Positions 60,803 to 64,000 of a stretch of 64,000 bases of DNA are shown one piece after another. Under the pieces are notes generated by a model that had not been told where the DNA came from, did no database searches, and worked only from the letters and a program-made list of their open reading frames with translations. The position numbers and the translations under genes were made by a program. Within the stretch, counting starts at the first letter, position 1. Every line of letters starts with the position of its first letter. Source of the DNA: Bdellovibrionales bacterium (GTDB lineage Bacteria > Bdellovibrionota > Bdellovibrionia > Bdellovibrionales > UBA1609); contig CBDCMT010000001.1 in NCBI GenBank assembly GCA_965219095.1, positions 2,208,001-2,272,000 on the forward strand, written 5' to 3'.

Positions 60803-62495
60803 CCTGAGTTCGTGCTCAAAAATGTACACTACAGACGGACGTTTTTTTGACAAGACTTTTTCCAATAGATCTTAGTATTTTTTCTTGAACTTTATTCAAA
60901 GCTACTGTTTTGATAAGTCTAGTTTTATTTTTTCGGTCATAAAGATAGACATTATACATGCTACCGAGTTCTTCAAGAGCTTCCTCTGGAGACATCTGCA
61001 TCTTTTCAAGCTTCATTTTTAGAATTGAAAGTATCAGACAAGATAAATAGCATATAAAGACATGTGATTGAACTCTGTTGTAAAGCCAATGACGAATTGG
61101 TCTCAAATTTGTTATTCCCTTTAAGGTCCTAAAAGATTTTTCGATTACCTCTTTCTTATAGTACAAATTAACAATATCTTTTGCAGAGATCTTTTTTGTA
61201 GAAAATATACAAGAGTAACCATCAAACTCAGATTCTAAATTCAACCGATCTCTCCTTAATCTTCCTGTTGGAGTAAGGTATTTTTCCAAACCTGGTTTTA
61301 TATTTTTAGACAAAAGAATTTGTGCGTTTGCAATTTCGTCCAAACGAGATTCTCTTATATCTAAAGCTCTCCTTTGATTGTAACAAACAACTAAACGTCC
61401 TTTGATTTTTCCAACATTGTGATTAATGCTCTGAGCATACAAGGTACCACTTGATAACCTGATGCGATGGGATACATCAACAATAGAGTCTAGCCTTATC
61501 ATTTTTCTAATCAAATCCTTCTCTTTTTTTCTGAGAGCAATCCCACAAAGCGTATTCCAGCCCAATTCATTGATTTCATTGAGGTTTCTCTCTGAGAAAA
61601 TGCCCCTGTCGTAAACAAACATTCCTCCACTTAGTCCATAGTTTGCAAATCCATCGGATAAACTTAGTAGAGTCCTGCTATCGTGTATGTTTCCACTAAA
61701 AGTTTTATGAAACACTGGTATTCCTTCTTTTTGAGTTGTCACCAAACCAATTTGAATCAAAGGATTTCCACGTTTCCCATCCTTACTCTTTCCTAATTTT
61801 CCAAGCTGACATTTGCTACCATAAAGGTATGTATTGGTAACATCGTACACCAACCCTTTTAGCTCAAGATTGTACCTTTTCTGAACACCTTGAAATATTT
61901 TCTTCTGTAAATTTTCTGGATCACTCTCTAAAGAATCTAGAGCAGAAAGCAAACGACTTTCGGTTAGATCCTCTAAATTTAGCAAAGTGTTTAAATCTGT
62001 TCTCTCATACCATTTTGGCATTTTTCTAAGGCTTTTGTAATCTAAACAGTGAGCATAGACCATGCTTAATATTTCATTGGAGTATTGGCCAAGAGATTTT
62101 TGCAAATCTATTTCCCTAGCTATTTTATCTAAAACAAGCAAAGGACCATAAACCTTGACCTTTTCTATTTCAAGATCAGATGAACTCATTGAAATTACAG
62201 TTTCACCATTCTCTTCCTTCCCGATGTACCGAATATGCTTTTGGATAACTTTTCCATCAACCCTTTTGTTCTCTACTTCTGCAAGATATGTTACCTTTCC
62301 TCTTTTTATTCTTCTGATAAAGCTCATATTTCTCCCTCCTGTAGTGTAATATATTACACTACAAAGGAAAATGCAAGGCAAGTTATTTTTTGTGATTTTA
62401 TCTAAAAATCGAAAATTCCCCTATGAAAACTGAGATTTTTATGGAAAATGGGAAATTATAGCTTTGTAGTGTACATTTTTAGTCACGAGTTTAGG
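60803..62495 (-). mobile_element. IS1634-family element, complete
   Basis: Imperfect IRs CCTGAGTTCGTGCTCAAAAATGTACACTACA / CCTAAACTCGTGACTAAAAATGTACACTACA; 7-bp DR TAATTTA. Confidence 0.93.
60816..62327 (-). CDS. IS1634-family transposase (intact)
   Basis: YDVTNTY, GKSKDGK, GNIHD, YDRG, IEKSFRTLK, LRPIRHW...HVFICYL; GGAGG RBS. Confidence 0.92.
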   Translation of the reverse strand: MSFIRRIKRGKVTYLAEVENKRVDGKVIQKHIRYIGKEENGETVISMSSSDLEIEKVKVYGPLLVLDKIAREIDLQKSLGQYSNEILSMVYAHCLDYKSLRKMPKWYERTDLNTLLNLEDLTESRLLSALDSLESDPENLQKKIFQGVQKRYNLELKGLVYDVTNTYLYGSKCQLGKLGKSKDGKRGNPLIQIGLVTTQKEGIPVFHKTFSGNIHDSRTLLSLSDGFANYGLSGGMFVYDRGIFSERNLNEINELGWNTLCGIALRKKEKDLIRKMIRLDSIVDVSHRIRLSSGTLYAQSINHNVGKIKGRLVVCYNQRRALDIRESRLDEIANAQILLSKNIKPGLEKYLTPTGRLRRDRLNLESEFDGYSCIFSTKKISAKDIVNLYYKKEVIEKSFRTLKGITNLRPIRHWLYNRVQSHVFICYLSCLILSILKMKLEKMQMSPEEALEELGSMYNVYLYDRKNKTRLIKTVALNKVQEKILRSIGKSLVKKTSVCSVHF

Positions 62496-63491
62496 TAATT
62501 TAGGCCTGTGTTTTCGTATTCCTCTAAAAAATTGACTTAAACTTCCCTTGAAATCGTCATAGTTTTCATAATATCGATTCGCTGTGACCTCTTTTTTCAT
62601 AAACTTCCAAAGCCTTTCTATAGGATTTAAATTCAGTGAGTACGGAGGAAGATAAATAAGTTTTATATTCAACTCTTTCGCTAACTTCTTGACAGACTTC
62701 GATCTATTGTATCCGGCCCCATCTAAGATAAGATAAATCTCTTTTTCATCGGAATACTTCTTAATGAATATGATAGAGCATATCACATAGAAAAACTTCG
62801 TTAACTGTCTTATAACTCCTGACTACCGTCTTCAAACTATTGATCTCAATAGCTCCACAAACATTCATTCTTTTTCTCCAGCCTGAATTGGTCTTCACTT
62901 CAAACTTCTTACCCTCTCTTATCCAACCATATGAAATCATAGGGCCCCACTCAGGATGTGTGGAATCAGCAAAGTAAACAGGACCGTCTTTCTTCTTAAT
63001 TCTCTTGTATTTACGCACAAACTTTTCCTGCTCTTCTTTCTTTGCCTTACCCGGTATCGCTGTGGCTTTTTTATAAGAAAAACCAAGGCGATGGAGAAGA
63101 TCAATCACACCACTTGTTGAGTACGTAACACTAAAATTCTCCTCAATGAATTGGATGACAGACTGTGATGATGGAAAAATTCTTTTCTCTAATTCCTTTA
63201 AAAGCATTTTCTCCTCTTTCTTAGTTAAAAAGGACCTTTTAGGGTTGTAATTGTCGTTGATTAAGCACTCTATCCCACCTTTGTTATAACGATTTCTACA
63301 GGCTCTTATCGTGCCCTCATCAATGAAAAGAAAACGGGAAATATCTTTACACAACTCACCTTTATCTAAATGGAGGATTGTCATAATCCTTTTTGCGTAT
63401 TTAAGATTTTTCTCTAGAGATAGTTCATAGAGTAAATCTTTTCGCTCTTTTTTTGATAGAAACCCTGACATATGAAACTATTTTTAAAAAA

Positions 63492-64000
63492 GGCTCCTCC
63501 CGGGAATCTGTGGGTGAAAAGTAGTAGAAATCCTCCAAAAAGGCTCATATTAATCAAAGTAAGAGTAAGACATCCTATCTTGTATTTTTGAGTTCTTTGA
63601 GGCCTTTACTGGCCTCTATCACCTCCGGTGATTGAACTCAAAAACATTCTTTTATTTGCTGTATTACATTAAAATTTTAAAAAAGAAGCACCTACTTCCC
63701 AGATGCCTTAAAATGTTATTCAAAAAAAAAAAAAAGGAGGGAAGAGATGCTTTTGAAGACTATACTAAATGATTGTTTAAGATGGAAGTCTTTTGTATAC
63801 GGAGACATTTATTTTTCAAAAGATAGAAAGTCAATTAATGTTCCTATTAAGGCTCGTAAAAATGGCCAAGCTTTTTGTAGTGTTTGTAAGAAGCCCTGTT
63901 CAGTGTATGACAGCAGTAAATCATCACGGGACTTTGAATCCCTTCCTATTTTAAGTTACAGGGTGTTTTTTGTTTATTTTGTAAGAAGAGTTAATTGTCC
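63492..64000 (+). mobile_element. ISL3-family element, truncated by window end (transposase from 63747)
   Basis: Left IR GGCTCCTCCCGGGAATCTGTGGG; near-identical to the 17288 element. Confidence 0.92.

Larger units (their letters stand above)
60732..63491 (-). mobile_element. IS630-family element interrupted by IS1634 and cut by ISL3; transposase pseudogene 63471-62496 plus 60802-60754
   Basis: FADSTHP, LDGAGY, LPPYSLNLNPIERLW; frame continues RPKL|ETLITDNFSILGN* across the IS1634; IR TATAGTGCTTCCG at 60732. Confidence 0.88.

Overview
AT-rich bacterial chromosome segment, most likely a Bdellovibrionota. This is inferred from gene order and content: proC-yggS-maf divergent from tadC-DUF192-FHA-FHA-FHA, minor pilins, a CFI-box-CTERM protein and an RCC1-repeat protein. 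Intact housekeeping blocks are pssA, ddl-ftsQ-ftsA-ftsZ, queC, mdh-sucC-sucD-ndk, valS and yejB/yejE-like permeases. They are separated by dense graveyards of insertion sequences (ISL3, IS5, IS66, IS1634, IS630, IS982, ISAzo13, IS256-like ends), including three multi-layer nests whose order can be read from target-site duplications. IS activity has truncated folE, a trypsin-like protease and an integrase. Main oddities: (1) a stand-alone 82-aa protamine-like protein made of five identical RKRKTTAKKKTTRRR repeats, with its own RBS and terminator; (2) a 394-bp IS1634-derived MITE flanked by a 178-bp direct repeat; (3) a CFI-box protein fused through an internal signal-peptide-like segment to a beta-barrel; (4) an RCC1 protein with recent DNA-level repeat expansions; (5) an uncalled 47-aa basic ORF. 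No rRNA, tRNA or CRISPR array was seen. All family calls come from motif recognition by eye, not database searches. Several frameshifts lie in homopolymers and could be sequencing errors.
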